Shown: positions 19,505-33,670, counted from the first letter of the stretch. The stretch: 64,000 nucleotides of DNA from Azolla caroliniana (GCA_043228905.1 JBHGNT010000007.1:4588001-4652000); one strand, 5' to 3'. The notes: generated from the letters alone by a model not told the origin. Numbers and translations: made by a program.

Positions 19505-22500
19505 TCACTCGTCCGTCTCTGATTCTTCGCCGGGCCCGAACCGATCGTCGTCGTCGCTCTCGCTCGCCGGCTCCGGCTTGTCCTCGAACCGCTTCTTGAA
19601 CGCTTTGATCCGCTTCCCGGCCACCGGTACCGTTAACCGTGTCCCGTCGAGTTCCACGAGGTGGTACGTGCCGTTGTCGTTCGCGCTCGTCACTGTGTAG
19701 GGCCTGAACCATCTCCTAGCGAACTTTCGCACCGCCTTGTGCTGATTGTCGAGGCTATTGTCGTATACCAAGACCTAGTCGCCTTCCTCGACCTTCTTTG
19801 GGCACAACCGGTGCATCCGGTTGAACCGGGTCTTGTTCCGCTCCCTTGCCGCCCGCAGCTTTTCCTTCGCCCGTTTCATGTCCTCCGGCCTCCGCCGGCT
19901 CATCTCGTCCTTCCAATCTACCACCGCCCACGAAGAAACCGTCTGTTGCACTAGCATGATCGGCTTCTGTCCATACATTAGCTCTGCCGGCATAAACCCT
20001 GTCACCGAACTATGCGTAGTTCGGTCCGCCCATAGTGCGTCAGGAAGGAGCCGCGGCCAATTCCCGGCCTGCCCTCCGCATGCACGCACCAACGCCTTTA
20101 CGATCGGCTCGTGCCCACGTTCTACCTTCCCATTCGCCTCCAAATTGTACATCGTAGTGAGGGAGAGTTTGACCCCTAGCCGGTCGAACAGCTCCTCAGC
20201 TTCCTGCACATCCAGCTCTCCCCAGTCCGCCACGATCCTCCCGACGCACCCGTACCGACACAGTACCTCTTCGATCAGGAACCGGCATACCGTCGCGGTT
20301 GTCTTGTTCTGTAGTGCACGGCCTTCCACCTGGTTCGTTAAGTCTTCCCACGCAAGCACCAGGTATCGCATCTGTCCTACTCCCATCGGCATCGTCACCA
20401 AGTCTACCATCCACTTGAAATGGACCGTAGGCGGGTAGGTCGGGTGTAGCTCGTCCCGATGTCGGACTACGGAGTGCATCTGATAGCTTTCGCAATTCGT
20501 TACGAACCGATGCACGTCCCGGTACAGCCCCGGCCACCAGTCCTTCTCCTTCAACTTCTCGAATGTGGCCCACGTTCTGCGGTGCCCGGCCCAGGGACTC
20601 TCGTGAAATGCCACCAGTAATTCCTCTTGTTCTTCTTTCTTTACCAATACTCGGAGTGGGATGTCGTTTCTTTTCTTTGGGTGCCTCCATATGCACCCGT
20701 CCCGTAGGAAGAATCGGTATGCCTTCTTCCGTACCCGGCTCGCCTCTTCTCTCGTCCACGCTGCGTCCGGCGTCATCGCCCGTAGGAACCTCCCGATTTG
20801 GAGCCACTCCCCATTGTACCTGCTTTCGTCGAATTCATTAGGCGCCGGAGTGTCCCCTTTCCTCGTCGTCACATTAGCCGACCCGAAGAAGTCCTCGCCG
20901 ACTTCTTCGTCATCCGAAACCATGTCGTCTTCGTCGTTGAACCTCGCTCTCGAAAGCATGTCGGTCATGGCGTTATCCTTTCCGGATATGTGCCGTATCT
21001 CCGAGTTCAGGGACTTAATGTACGCTATCCACCGGAGCATTGCTAGGTCCGGCGTCACGCATCCGGAAACCATGCCGAGTATCGGCAGGCAGTCCGTCTT
21101 GATTATTACCTCCGTCCCGATCAGGTAGTCCCTGTCGGCCTTGATTGCCGAAACAATACCCCATAGTTCGCGCTTGACTTGGGCGTATCCTCACTGCCGC
21201 TCACTCAATACCTTCGCCCCAAACCGGATCGGGAACCGTACGCCGTCCTCATCCTCCTGGTTGATCACCCACCCGATCCCGGTCGGGCTCGTGTCCACCG
21301 TCACATAGATGGGGACTCCCTTGCCGTAAACCGCTTTACAAAGAGCTGGCGCTACCGTAAGCGCCTCCTTTAGTCTCCGGACCGACTCTGTGTGCTCTGT
21401 CCTCCACTCAAAGCTACGCCCCCCTTTCAATAGTCCGTAGAGGGGTTCCGCCACATGTGCATAGTGCGGGATCCAGATGTGGTAGAACGTGCATGCACCC
21501 AAGAATCTGCGGACCTCCGTAACCGACCCGCAATCGTTCCTCATCGCGGAGATGGCCTCTACCTTTGCCGGAGACAGTTTCCTACCATAAGACCCACATA
21601 GGTGTCCGACCACCAGGATCTCCAACTGCCCAAACACCGATTTTTCTCCGGAGAGGGTGAATCGTGCGCTCTCGAGCCTCTGCAGCACCTTCTCGCAGTC
21701 GTTGATGTGGTTCACGACGAACCTCCGACATCCGTCTGGCCCAACAGTCTCGTCCACATCTTCCACCGGACACCCCTTTATCGGGATATCGTCCAAGAAT
21801 GGCATGGTGATGTCCGGGATGCAGTCCCTCAGCACCTTGTTCATTGCGTTCACCATATGCGCCACCGAATTCGTCCCGTCTTGTGGTTGGGTACACATCC
21901 ATACTAGGCCGAGAGGAGTTCGCATCGTCGTGATATCCCTGCTCTCCACGGCTAGCTGGAACTGGTCGTACCCCGAGTATAAGTCACTGACCGAATAGAT
22001 TGACCTTCCAGCGAAGGCCTTCGCGAACTCGTCTATGGTCAGTCCGATTCCAACATTACAGATGGTCACCCTGTTGACCGGTTGCAGGTCCTGAATGAAG
22101 CGCAGTGTGCCGTTCTTCTTCGGCACCGTAAACCACCGATTCGAATATGGGGCACTTGACGGTTCAAGGATGCCCATCTCCACCTTTTGCTTCAGAAGCT
22201 CCATCAACTTCGGGATGTGAGCTCTCGGCACCAGAATCGGTTTGAGATTCCACGGTACATGCGGTACCGTGAAGATCACCATCGGTTCGACGATCGTCGG
22301 GTCCACGCACCCGATCTCCTCCGCCGAGAACGCGAAGGCTTTCCCATGCCTTCCGAGCATTCTCCGAAACCTTTCCTCCTCCGCCGGCAGTAGAAAGCCA
22401 CCCCCACCGACCTTGAGCTCCTGTAGCGTTATGTCGGTGAACCGGTGCCCTATGCCAGTCGGATTCCGTAAACTTGGGTCCGATGCAACCCCTTTTATCC

Positions 22501-24900
22501 ACTCCTCGCTGCCCTCCGACAAGGGTGCCGCGATTGGCCTCACCTTCCAATCCACAATCTTGTACTTTGTATCCACGCGGGCCGTCCTATCCGACCCGAT
22601 CTGATCCTTTCCCCGAAGTCCGCGATGACTTCGTACATTCCTATCGAACTAACCGGAATGGTTCGGTCTTCTCTAAGGTTTTCACCGATCACCTTTCGCA
22701 ACTCGCCCAAGGTGTCGTCAAAAGAGACCGCCTTCACGGCGCCGCTGATTTCTTCATCGGGGGAGAGGACTCCGCATCCCCTCAGCCGCTCCTCCGCTCG
22801 CTTCCTCTCCCGGCCGTTGACGCCGGCTATAGTACAACCTCCATTTTCGGAGAACCAAAACAACCTACCTATTGTACATGTGTGGGGTTCATCCGGTACG
22901 TCCGGACTACTGCGGCCCCACGCCTTGATAGCCCTCTCTAAAAATCCCCTCGGTTGTCGCCGCCGAGGGTCTCGCGATTCCTCTCATGGTTCGGACGTAC
23001 GGTCATGAATTGAACGGAATGCCAACCGTCTTGGCTCTTGACGTGCGCGTACGCCGAACCGTTCTCCCACCCATGCTTGGTGTTGATCGGCCATTTACCC
23101 TTCTTGTAGAAATACATGGACATCAGGTTGATTTCGGATCCATGGTCTACCAAGGCCACCACCGGTTCCGGAACATTGCCGACCCACATAGGGGTTTCCG
23201 TAGTTGCCCTGGCCCAATGCGGCTTCGTGTAGTGGCTTTCCGCCAACTCGTCTTCTAGGGTCGTGTCTTCTAAGTGCGCAGTCCGCACCTCCACCGGCTT
23301 CTCCGGTTCCGGCTCCGTCGAGAGCCTCTTCCACTTCACCAAGTCTACGATGGAGTCGTGGAACTCCCTCTTGGTGATTCCCAGCACCTCCTGCAACGAT
23401 AGCTCCACTTTACTGTCGTGGATCCGCTCTTCAAGGACCTTCCGTAGGTCCGTTGCTCTCTCGATTTCGGTGCTCAACCGAAACCCCGCCTACTTCTTCC
23501 CATCCGGCGTGCCTAGGTTGCCGACACCGGTTGGTTTCGGTCCGAACCGGGTCTCATACCTCTGCGGGGGACCAACCCCTCCGGCCTTTCCTGCCCATTT
23601 GTCTTCCACCAGAACCTCGTAGTTCTTGCAAGCGGCTTCTACGAAGCCCATTTTCTCTTCGACCGGATCGTCCCATCCGGTGACCTCCTAGACCCGCTGT
23701 TCCGCGCAGACCGCCTCTTCCTTCTTCAACCGAACTCCGGAGAGGCCTTCTAGCACTAGCGGCCAGAATCCGGAGTCCTTCGCCTTCCGGGTCTCATCAC
23801 CTCCGACCCGAATTCCCGCCGACACTGAGTAGTTAACGGCTTCTACATGTCGTGTCGCGGCCTCTTCCATCAACCTCTTCATTCCATCGCGCCCCGTATT
23901 CAGTTCTAGGGCTCTCCGAGTCTCGCTCGCGTGCACCCACCTGTTCCAGAGGTACACCACGTTAGTCCTGAGTGCGTCGGCGAAATCTGCTCAATCCTTC
24001 CGAATGTGACCAATCGCGTCACACCACGTGCACCGCTGCCCAGCCGGCGGCCTCCGGTCGCGAGGTTGTTCGTTGCTTTCTCTCCGGGCCTATGTGATCT
24101 ACAAGTCGCACACCATCTGTGTCAGCTCCTCCAAAGCCACTCCTCCGGATGGGCTTTTGACCACGTCGTTCGATGCCAACCCTGACTCCAGCCAAATTCA
24201 GGTCTCTTCCTTCCTACCGGCTGGCACCGATACCGGCTCCTCGAGCCTCCTCGCCGGGACCGGTCCTGACTCCGACGAGCTTTCGTCGCTCCACTCGCGT
24301 CGTTTGTCGAATCGGCTGCAGACCCATTTTACCACGGCCCAGTCTATCGTGAGCCCTTCGTCCCTCTCCAATAGGGGACCCACCTTTTCCCTGTTGAGCG
24401 CGTCCACCGACTTGACAAACAGTAGTACTCGACTCGTTTCGAGCACGGTCTGATCCAACGTCGACAGCCACGCGAATCGTTCTTCGAACTCCTGGAGGAG
24501 CGCCGACATGTTCCTCCCTTTTCCGGGGCTTTCCACCCATGCCATGAAGTCCTGCCTCAACAGCCGAAGCGAGTCATCAAACCCGTACTTCACGAGGAGC
24601 TGCAGCTCGAACTCCTCCCAAGTCTGGCATCCGGCCAGCACCTCGAGCACCTCCGCGTGGATGCTCAGCGTCACCATCCGAGGGAATCCAGACAGCCGCC
24701 TGTCCACCGGGATATCCCTCATGATCATTTCGGCCCGGTAAGCCTCCAAATAACTTGTGGGATTCTTCCCACCCAATCGGCCTATGCTGCCGACGATCGA
24801 TTCAATGGCTCTGTCGAGGGTACTCGTCCCCTCGCGAGCGCTCACTAGCCGGTCGACGGCTACCACCATTGACTCTGCTAGCTCCGATCCCCTCATCTTC
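19505..24900 (-). pseudogene. gag-PR-pol pseudogene of element C
   Basis: ORFs 24198-25034, 22938-23477, 21191-22576 (RT), 19775-21073 (INT) and 19505-19771, colinear with element A proteins but broken. Confidence 0.9.
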
Positions 24901-24940
24901 CGACTCCTTTGCCGCCTGTTCACATCGGGTTCACCAATTA

Positions 24941-25609
24941 TGTTGCGAAGTTTCGCGTTCGCATGTAGGAAGAGGCGGGACCACGGGGGTCTTGGACCAA
25001 GGAGAGAATGAGAGAGAGAGAGTTGCAGATACACAGAAAGAAAATAAGAGCAAGAAACAGGAATCCGATTACTATGATCAGTAGCTTACAACTCGAATAG
25101 TTACAACCGGCAACCCGGTAATGGACCTGACACGGGGCCCTACTCACGCACACAGACGACAGCCACACGACTTGAAGAAACAAAAAAGGGGGGGGGGGGG
25201 GGGGGGGAGAAGAGAGAGAGAGAGAGAGAACCTCTGCAGAGGCTGGAAGCACACGGGCTATCCATGAAGCAGAGGCAGCGAACGACGATCGGAAGAGAGA
25301 GAGCTCGGCCCTCGGTTCTGCAGCAGCACTTCGTCCTTGCCAACGCGCGATCCCTTTTCTTCCTTCTCTCCCTCCTTAAATAGTTCACCAAGGGGAGACC
25401 CTTCTTCCCTAGTCAAATCGCTTTATTCCCTGTCCCTTTCGACAGAGCTACGCACAAATCCCCTAATAAATGTGTACTACCTAGTATTTACATCAGCCGA
25501 CCTAATTATGAATTATGTCCAAAATATCAATTCTCGCGTCCGCCTATGTAAGAGCTGGTTCATGCGCCTTTTTCTCTGATTCCGCCTATGGCTAGTTTTC
25601 TTCACGACA
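24941..25609 (-). repeat. 5' LTR of element C
   Basis: Pairs with 18780-19435; adjacent to the Trp PBS. Confidence 0.95.
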
Positions 25610-28194
25610 GCGTGAACCGTCTCCTCGGTTCCTTGTGCGGGGAGAGCACGGTAGAGTCTCCATTACTCACCGGTTCCTCATCCGACTAGTCATCCCAACT
25701 CAGCCGCTCATTCGGTCCACTTAACCAAAATGAGATTGGCCTCTCTTCTAGAGTGTTGAGGTCTTCATCTTCTATCTGGACCGGTTCAGGCTCACTAGCC
25801 TCATCCTCCGGTATTGGGTCGGGTCGGAAGTCTAAGCCAGTAAGACATACCATGATGTTGTCTCATCAAACTCAACATCCCGGCTAACTCGGATCTGCTT
25901 CGTCCGGGGGTTATAACACTTATACCCCTTTTGCTCATGCGAGTAACCGACCATGATGCATTTCTCCGACTTTGCATCCAACTTCCTCCACTTCTCATCC
26001 GGCACATGCACATATCCGAATATCCGAAGGTGTCTCAAATTCGGCTTGGGTCCGAAATATAGCTCATGTGCGAACACCTTGTCACCGATCCGGTTTTGGA
26101 TGTAAACGATCGTTCGGACCACCTCCACCTAGTAGAAATGGGGCATGCTCTTCTCCTCCAGCATTTCCCTCACCGCATCGACAATCGACCGGTTCTTCCT
26201 GTAGGCCACACCATTTTGCTCCAGTGTGTATCTGCAGCTGAACTCTCGCCGAATTCCCTTTTGCTGTAGATAACCGTTGAATTGGCCAGAAAAATATTCT
26301 TTTCTGCCATCCGACCACAGGCACTTGATCTTCCTCTCCGTTTCCCATTCAACCAAGTTTTGGAGGTTCCGGAAACACTCGAAGACTTCGCTCTTTCGCT
26401 CAATGAGGTAGATCCATGTGTGCCGGTTGTAGTCATCGATGAAGGAAACGAAATATCGACTCCCGCCAAGACTCAGGTTCTTTGTCGGTCCCCATACATC
26501 CGAATGAAAAAGGTCGAGCTTGTTACGGCTACGGTTTCGTTCGGTGGGGAATGGAAGCCGGTGTTGCTTCCCGAGTTGGCAGGCTTCACATACTTGGGCC
26601 TTCTGGCCACTAAACTTCGGCAAACCGAAAACAACATGTTTCGTTTGCAAGTCTTGAAACCTCCGGTAATTGTCGTGGCCAATCCGCTTGTGCCAGAGAT
26701 CAATATCTGATTCAATCTTCTGTCCTTTGGCGAACAAAGCGGTGCCGACATCATTGGTGTCGAGGATAAACATCCTCCCGTCTCTATGCCCTTGCACAAT
26801 GATTTGGCCCTCCTCCTCGATGAAGCACCCAAGTTGCGTAAACCGCACCTGCATCCCCTGGTCATTGATCTGACCGACTAACACCAGGTTCTTTGTGATA
26901 GTCAGAACGTGTAATACGTTCATCAGCTTCCCCTTTTGTCCGACCTGGATCAAAGGGACTTCTCTGATATGCACGATTGGGTGAGGAGTGTCATCCCCGG
27001 TTTCGACGACTACCAGTTGTTCCGGTTTCTCCAAGAAGGAGAACCACTCTTTGTGGCTCGTCATGTGATTCGACGCACCGGAATCAACGTACCACACTTC
27101 TTCTGATTTGGAAGTGGTCTTCTTCATCGAGTTAGCCTTGTGTTTCACCACCAAGGCTGGCCCTTTACTGACTTTTCCGGTTTTGGATTCTCCCGATCCT
27201 TCTACGTAGTGCAAGTATTGCCGATTCTCTCTACCGGCATTGCTGGATCCAGATCTGTCCGAATCAGAGCACTTCTTCCAGCACTCGCTTTCTTTGTGGC
27301 CCTTCTACCACATTACGAGCATTCCGTGTCGACCTTTGCTTGCCGGCCTCCGGCGCCGCCTTGACTCCCCCTACTTGTGGAGGGTCTAGAACTGCTATCG
27401 GCACGTTCTTTGTGCCTTCGGTCCTACTCTTGCCGGCCACTACCATTGCGAGCCGACCTGCCTCGTCCACCATGCCCACGGGGCTGATCCGCCTCTATGT
27501 ACAGCATCCAGCTATCAGTGGGTGCACTTGTTGACAAACCGGCGTGGTTCTCCTCCACAAGGAGCATTGATTGTAAGTCAAAAAATGACGTCATATTCTC
27601 CCTTGTACACACAGCAGTTCGAAACGCTCCGAACTTTGACGCCAAACCTTCGAGACAAATTTGCACCATATCGGCTTCTTCGATATTCACATCGATGGAG
27701 GCCAAAGAGTTGCAAATGTCATTGATTTTGGAGGTGTAGTCTGCCACCGACAAGTCTCGTTGTCGTAGGTTGCTCAGCTCCTGTCGGAGTTGAAGCTTCC
27801 TGGTTGTAGTGCTTGCGGCAAAAACCTTCTTCAGATTTCCCCAAGCATCTTTTGACGTTTTTGCATCCCGACTGTAGCTTAGGAGCTGTTCGCCCACACA
27901 AGACGTGAAGCAGTACAGTACTCTCCTCGCCGACTGTTCCCACACCGGGAAATCTTTGTGTGTCGATTCGGGTGTTGTATCATTTGCTCCGTCAACATAG
28001 CTCCAGTAACCATGCCCGAGCAGGTACTGGTGCATCTTGTAGGACCAAGATACGTAGTTGTTTCTGTCGAGCTTCTCCGTCAGAAGCGAGCTAGCCATGC
28101 CTCTATCCATTGGTTTTTACTTGTTCTTCTTGGTTGGTTTTCTTTTCAAACTATGTCGGCTGCAAAGGTTCTCAACCTTCGCACTCTGATACCA

Positions 28195-28286
28195 TGTAAA
28201 AGAATAGCGTGTGGAAGCAATAGAAAACTAAACATAGAAACGCAGGTTAAATGGAGAGCTTAGGATATACACAATACACGGGAGAG

Positions 28287-28325
<39 letters not shown>

Positions 28326-28606
28326 ACACAGAAACTCAATTCAAAAATAATACTCAATATGTAATACTCTGCACATCGTATGTGTTCAGTGAACACTTTT
28401 ATACAAGTCCATACGGACTGACTGAAGTACGGTGTACTTCAATGCTCACACAAACGTCTGACACTAACTATAAGACATTAACTACCTAGTAGTCTAGGCT
28501 GCTACTAGGCTTCTGGTTACTAATGGATCCGGCTCATCCTTCCGGATGCTAATCTGGCTCAAGCTTATTCAGCCGATCCAGAACCACTTGAGCTTGCCGC
28601 TCAACA
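28195..28606 (-). repeat. 5' LTR of Copia E
   Basis: TGTTGAG...TTTACA directly upstream of the iMet PBS; contains (AG)n. Confidence 0.8.
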
Positions 28607-29679
28607 ATTACGTCTCATCGGTGGCCTTGATCGGAAGGAGGTCCGGTTTTGCTTACTAGCCAGGCAATCAGTGCACCTCTCAAGATGCACGTCCCTCATC
28701 GGAATGAGATTGTCATCGGCAAGCCTCCTCATCCCCTTCTCGCTCATGTGACACAGTCTCTTGTGCCACAACTCACCGACAGTGTCAGATGCCACATTCA
28801 CTTCTTCCCAGCATAATCAGGCATTCATTATGTACAATGTGTTGACTTTCCAGGCCCGACCCACTATCAAGCTCCCTTTGCTGAACTTCATGACTCTGTT
28901 CCGGATGCTACCCGTGTAGCCGACCGGCTGATATTAGGTCCAATCGAACCTCCGAAACGTGTCGGACATCCTTCAGCATCAACTTGCATCCGGTTGGTGT
29001 TGTCAGCCACACGTCTCCTACGCCGACAATTCGGCATGTACCTTCATTTCCCATCCGGACACAATCGTGATCACCGGCTGTGTAGGATGAGAAGCATTTT
29101 CGGTCCGGGGTCAGGTGGAACGACGTTTCGGAATGGACAACCCACGTTGTCTCCTTGCTGGCAAGGTTCAACTCACTCTCCTCAGTGATAAGCATCAACT
29201 CTTCTTCACTTGCCGCGATTGTCGTCGTTCCCTTCCAGTCCGGTTCCCTCCGGTCTTTACCGTTCCGGTCCGGTGACCGCTTCGAATCGGTACTATCAGT
29301 TTCCTTGTCTTTTCGGAAGTGCCGACAATTCTTCTGGAAGTACCCCAGCTTCCCACAGTAGAAGCAAGTGAGCCTTCCCCTTGACTTTGATCGTGTCCCC
29401 GAGTTTTCCCGGTTCTAGGGACTCCTATTCCTTTGTCTTCCGCGTTCCGATTCGGTAAGGAGCACTTTCGAGTTGGAGCTCGTATCCTTGTCTTTCCGAC
29501 ACGCCTCCTCATCTAGCAAGCTCGACTTGACTCTTGCTAGGGATAGTTGCTTTACTTCCGGCCCGGCGTTGCCCAATATGACAACTAACGTCTCCCAGCT
29601 ATCTCGGAGGAAACCGAGCAGGAGCAATGCTAGTACCTCATTGGCGAGAGGTACTTCCAACGATGTTGCCTGATGTATC

Positions 29680-30310
29680 TGTTAGGAAACAGGTCCCTCC
29701 GGATGGGAAGTGAGAAGAATAGTGTTGATAAGCAACTCGATCGAGGCCGAATCCGGATGTGGAGTACCCGGCAATGGAAGACCCGGTGAGAACCGGATGT
29801 TGCAGGCCCGGTGAGAACCTCTCATCGGATGGAAGGGACACATATGTAAATATGTTCCAGAGAGCCCACTGGGACTATATTTGTAAATAGCCCGAAAGTC
29901 ATATTAGTATAAATATGACCTAGGGCAAACTTAATAGTTATGATGTAGAGTTGGTTGTGTCATTATCGTTGTAGCGATAATTCAAAGTGTAACTGCGTAC
30001 AAAGAAGAGAGAGAGAGAGAGAGAAAGAGGAAGAGTTTGTTGCCTCTGTTGTAACCGCCTGGTGGCGAAGCGAGGGAGCAAGAGGTCGTTGCCTCTCTGC
30101 CCCATTGTTGTAATCTTGATATAGTGATATTTTGCAGTCTGAGGGCTGTCGTGGTTTTTCCCAGATTTGGGTTTTTTCCACGTTAACATCCAGTGCACTC
30201 TCTTCTTTATTGTTTCGTGTGTAGATACATCCCACCACATCCCTGTTTTCTGTGCTTGACACGACGTCTCGGTTGTGGCCGAGCATAGCAAAGGAACCGT
30301 ATTCCTATCA
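29680..30310 (+). repeat. Solo LTR (Copia D-related family) inserted antisense in the gag of D
   Basis: TGTTAGGA...TCCTATCA; reverse-complement similarity to 30724-31395; TSD GTATC/ATATC; the gag reading FKGLI...QATSL resumes across it. Confidence 0.85.
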
Positions 30311-30723
30311 ATATCAGCCCCTTGAAGGCATTCATGTGCTCCGCCATACTGGAGCCATCTTGGTACCGAAGCCGCACTAGCTTCCGGAGTACCGAAACCC
30401 GATTAACGGTATTCTTGTTCTGGAACATGATGCCGATCTTCCCCCAGAGCTCATGAGCCTTACTCTCTTCATTGAAGTTGTATACAATCTCATGTCGATG
30501 GAGCACTGTATGTACGCCGTTGTCTTCATGTGCATCACCTCCTATATCATGGCATCAATCTTGTCCAATCTCTTGTCCCCGAACTGAACCGGCAACCAAA
30601 GATCTTTAACCACGAGCATGTCCCTCATCTTCTACTTCCACACTGAGTAGTTGTAGACGGTGAGCTTGAACATGCCGCCAAGCGATTCTTCCATTTTCTG
30701 TGTTGTTCGCTATGATACCAAAT

Positions 30724-31395
30724 TGACGCGAAATATGCGGAATATTACTCGGCCACAACCAAGTCTCAAATCCTGTCGTTTCAAATCGAACACCGAGAAT
30801 GGGAATAGAGGTGAATACACGTACACACATATAATATGAGAGAGAGTACACAGTATGTTAACATGGAAAACCCTGCAAGGGAAAAACCACGGGAGCCCAC
30901 AAACTCCAAACTATCACTATGTAAGGGGAATACAACAGAGGAACACAGAGGCAATGACCTCGTGCTCACGATCTTTGCCTCGCGACAGTTACAACAGAGA
31001 CACGCTTTGTATCTCTTTCTCTTTCTCTCTCTCTCTCTCTCTATTACACTATGTACAACAGTACACCAATAACTCTATACAACAAATAACAACAACCACT
31101 TCCAAGAGTTTGCCCTAGGTCATATTTATACTAATATGACTTTCGGGCTATTTACAAATATAGCCCCAATGGGCTCTCTGGAACATATTTACATATATGT
31201 CCCTTCATCCGTTGAGAGGTTCTCACCAGGCCTGCAACATCTGGTTCTCACCGGGTCTGCATCATCCAATTCTCACCGGGTCTTCGCCATCCGGTTCTCA
31301 CCGGGCCTTCCTTACCGGGTACTCGTCATCCAGTTCTCACCGGGTCTTCCTTACCAGGTACTCATATCCCATCCGAAGGGACCAAAATAATAACA
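30724..31395 (-). repeat. Internal LTR shared by two tandem Copia units
   Basis: PPT on one side and PBS on the other; contains TTCTCACCGGG sub-repeats; similar to 33079-33449. Confidence 0.85.
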
Positions 31396-33449
31396 AACTC
31401 CCCCTTCACTCCGGCATGGGATGCCTCGTCAGTCTAATCCGCTTCCGGCATGCGTCTAGCTTGTCGGGTGTCAGCACCTTGGTCAACATATCTTACCCAT
31501 TTTCCTCCGTGTGGATCTTCGTTAGCACGAACTCTCGATCTTCCACTCGCTCCCGGATCCAATGGTACCTCCGCTGGATGTGCTTCATCTTGGAATGATA
31601 CGTTGCGTTCTTCGCAAGGTGGATGCAACTTTGATTGTCGCAATAGAGCCGGTATTCCTCTGGCCGGATCCCTAGCTCTTCGATGAAGTCCTTCATCCAT
31701 AGTATTTCCTTGCCGGCTTCCATTGCCGCCATGTACTCCGCCTCCGTGGCTGACAACGCAACCATCTTCTGCAGCCTCGACTGCCACGAAACGGCTACCC
31801 CTGAATATGTGATAACATATCCAGATGTTGACTGACTGGTATCTGAATCGGTGAAACTGTCAAGTTGGGGTTTACGAAGCCGAATCGGAAACACATACTT
31901 GAGGTGCCTTTCAAGTACCGGAGTATCCATTTTACCGCATTCCAATGCTCCTTGTCAGGATTGCTCATGAACCGGTTCACCACTCCAATTGTGTATCTGA
32001 TATCCGGTCTGGTACACACCATTGCATACATTAAGCTCCCGACGGCAGAGGCATATGGTATCTTCATCATATCCGCCTTCTCTGCCTTCGTCTTCGGGCT
32101 TTGCTTACCGAATAACCTGCAGTTTGTCGGGAGTGTCAATCCGACCGGTTTAGCATCTGACATGTTGAATCGCTAAAGCACCTTTGTCACGTACTTCTCC
32201 TGTGACATCCACAATTGCTTCTTTGACCGGTCCCAGATGATATGCATCCCCAATATCTGTCTTGCCGGACCCAAGTCTTTCATTGAGAAGGTCCATTTCC
32301 GAGCCTTCTTCAGTGCCCGTATCTTGACTTGGTCTCGTCCGACGATCAACATGTCGTCCACATACAGGAGGAGTATCAAGAAGTCTCCATCTTCAAACTT
32401 CTTCACAAATATGCAGTGATCGGCCTGCGTCTTGTGGTACCCCTAATCGGTCATGAAGGAGTCGAACTTCCGGTACCATTGTCGGGGAGCCTGCTTCAAA
32501 CCATAGAGGCTCTTCTTCAGCCAGCAAACCAGGTGCTCCTTCCCTTTCTTCACAAATCCCTCCGGTTGCTACATGTAGATCTCCTCTTCGAGGTCGCCGT
32601 GGAGGAATGTCGTCTTCACGTCTAACTGCTCTACCTCGAGGTGCATGCTTGCCGCTATGCTCATCACCGTCCGGATGGAAGTCATCTTTACTACCGGGGC
32701 AAATATCTCGTTGAAGTCCACTCCCTTCTTCTACTAGAACCCCTTCACCACGATCTTGGCTTTGTACCTTGGGGGGTTGCCGGCATCTCCCGGTTTCAAC
32801 TTGTACACCCACTTATTCCGGAGTGCCCGCTTTCCTTTCAGCAACTCCACCATACGTGTGGTTCTCATGCAGGGAATCCATCTCGTCCTGCATGGCACTC
32901 AACCACTTGCGGTTGTGGGTGTCCTCCTTTGCTTCTTCGAAGCTTTCCTGCTCCCCCTCATCGGTTAGCAACACGCACTCTGCATCCGGAAATCTCTGGG
33001 GGGCTCTTCTCTCTCTGAGAGGGTATCTGCGTCTTCGGTTTTCGGCAACTGGCTCCTCTATTTGTTCTTCATTCAAATCTGACACGCTCTGTATCTCTCT
33101 CTCTCTCATTCTCTCTCTCTATTACACTCTGTACAACAGTTACACCAATAACTCTATACAACAAATAACAACAACCTCTTCTAAGAATTTGCCCTAGGTC
33201 ATATTTATACTAATATGACTTTCAGGCTATTTACAAATATAGCCCCAGTGGGCTCTCTAGAACATATTTACATATATGTCCCTTCATCCGTTGAGAGGTT
33301 CTCACCGGGCCTGCAACATCCGGTTCTCACCGGGTCTACATCATTCAGTTCTCACCGGGCCTTCCTTACCGGGTACTCGTCATCCGGTTCTCACTGGGTC
33401 TTCCTTACCGGATACTCATATCCCATCCGGAGGGACCAAAATCCTAACA

Positions 33450-33670
33450 GGTTTCACTCTAACTCTTATCCCATTTTCACCCACATTTCCCACCTTCAGC
33501 ATGCCACATCATGACAACGGCATGATTGTTTGAGACTTTTGGATATTTTGAGCATCCTCCAACGAGGATGATATCTTGTGTTTGAAAAGATTAGAGTGAA
33601 TCCCATAAAAGAATGGATTGAATTATTGTAAGTATTCATGTATAAGAAATCCATCCAATCATCTTGTTGA
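33450..33670 (-). pseudogene. Chromovirus-type integrase remnant
   Basis: NYQQDDWMDFL...YNNSIHS...YHPRW resembles the intact Pol at about 44580-44700. Confidence 0.65.

Larger units (their letters stand above)
18780..25609 (-). mobile_element. Full-length but decayed Ty3/Gypsy element C, same lineage as element A
   Basis: LTRs 25609-24941 and 19435-18780; Trp PBS at about 24920-24936; PPT TGGTGGGGGTGGA beside 19435; gag-PR-RT-RH-INT fragments with stops and a deletion in the protease; 4-bp TSD GTGT/GCGT. Confidence 0.95.
9841..28606 (-). mobile_element. Ty1/Copia element E, fragmented (pieces 28606-25610, 18779-18573, 9849-9841); host of element C, the DNA transposon and element B
   Basis: 5' LTR 28606-28195, PBS TGGTATCAGAG (iMet) at 28194-28184, gag 28110-27424 (KLDRNNYVSWSYKM), PR WYVDSGASNHMT, GAG-pre-INT LWHKRIGH, INT FIDDY...EQNGVA; the reading PRRRF-TRKEKGKKK continues across the element C insertion. 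Confidence 0.85.
28607..33449 (-). mobile_element. Tandem Ty1/Copia (Tnt1/Tork-like) complex D: truncated LTR - RT/RH - PPT - LTR - PBS - gag/PR/GAG-pre-INT
   Basis: Partial LTR 33449-33079, RT LLLYVDDMLIVG, RH LYCDNQSCIHLAKN, PPT AGGGGGAG at about 31398-31405, LTR 31395-30724, PBS TGGTATCATAGC 30720-30709, LWHKRLCHMSEKG near 28770. Confidence 0.85.

Noticed and set aside
25187-25207. Poly-G run as a functional G-quadruplex (also 38822-38835)
   Set aside because: The sister LTR has a shorter interrupted run; slippage or PPT expansion explains it
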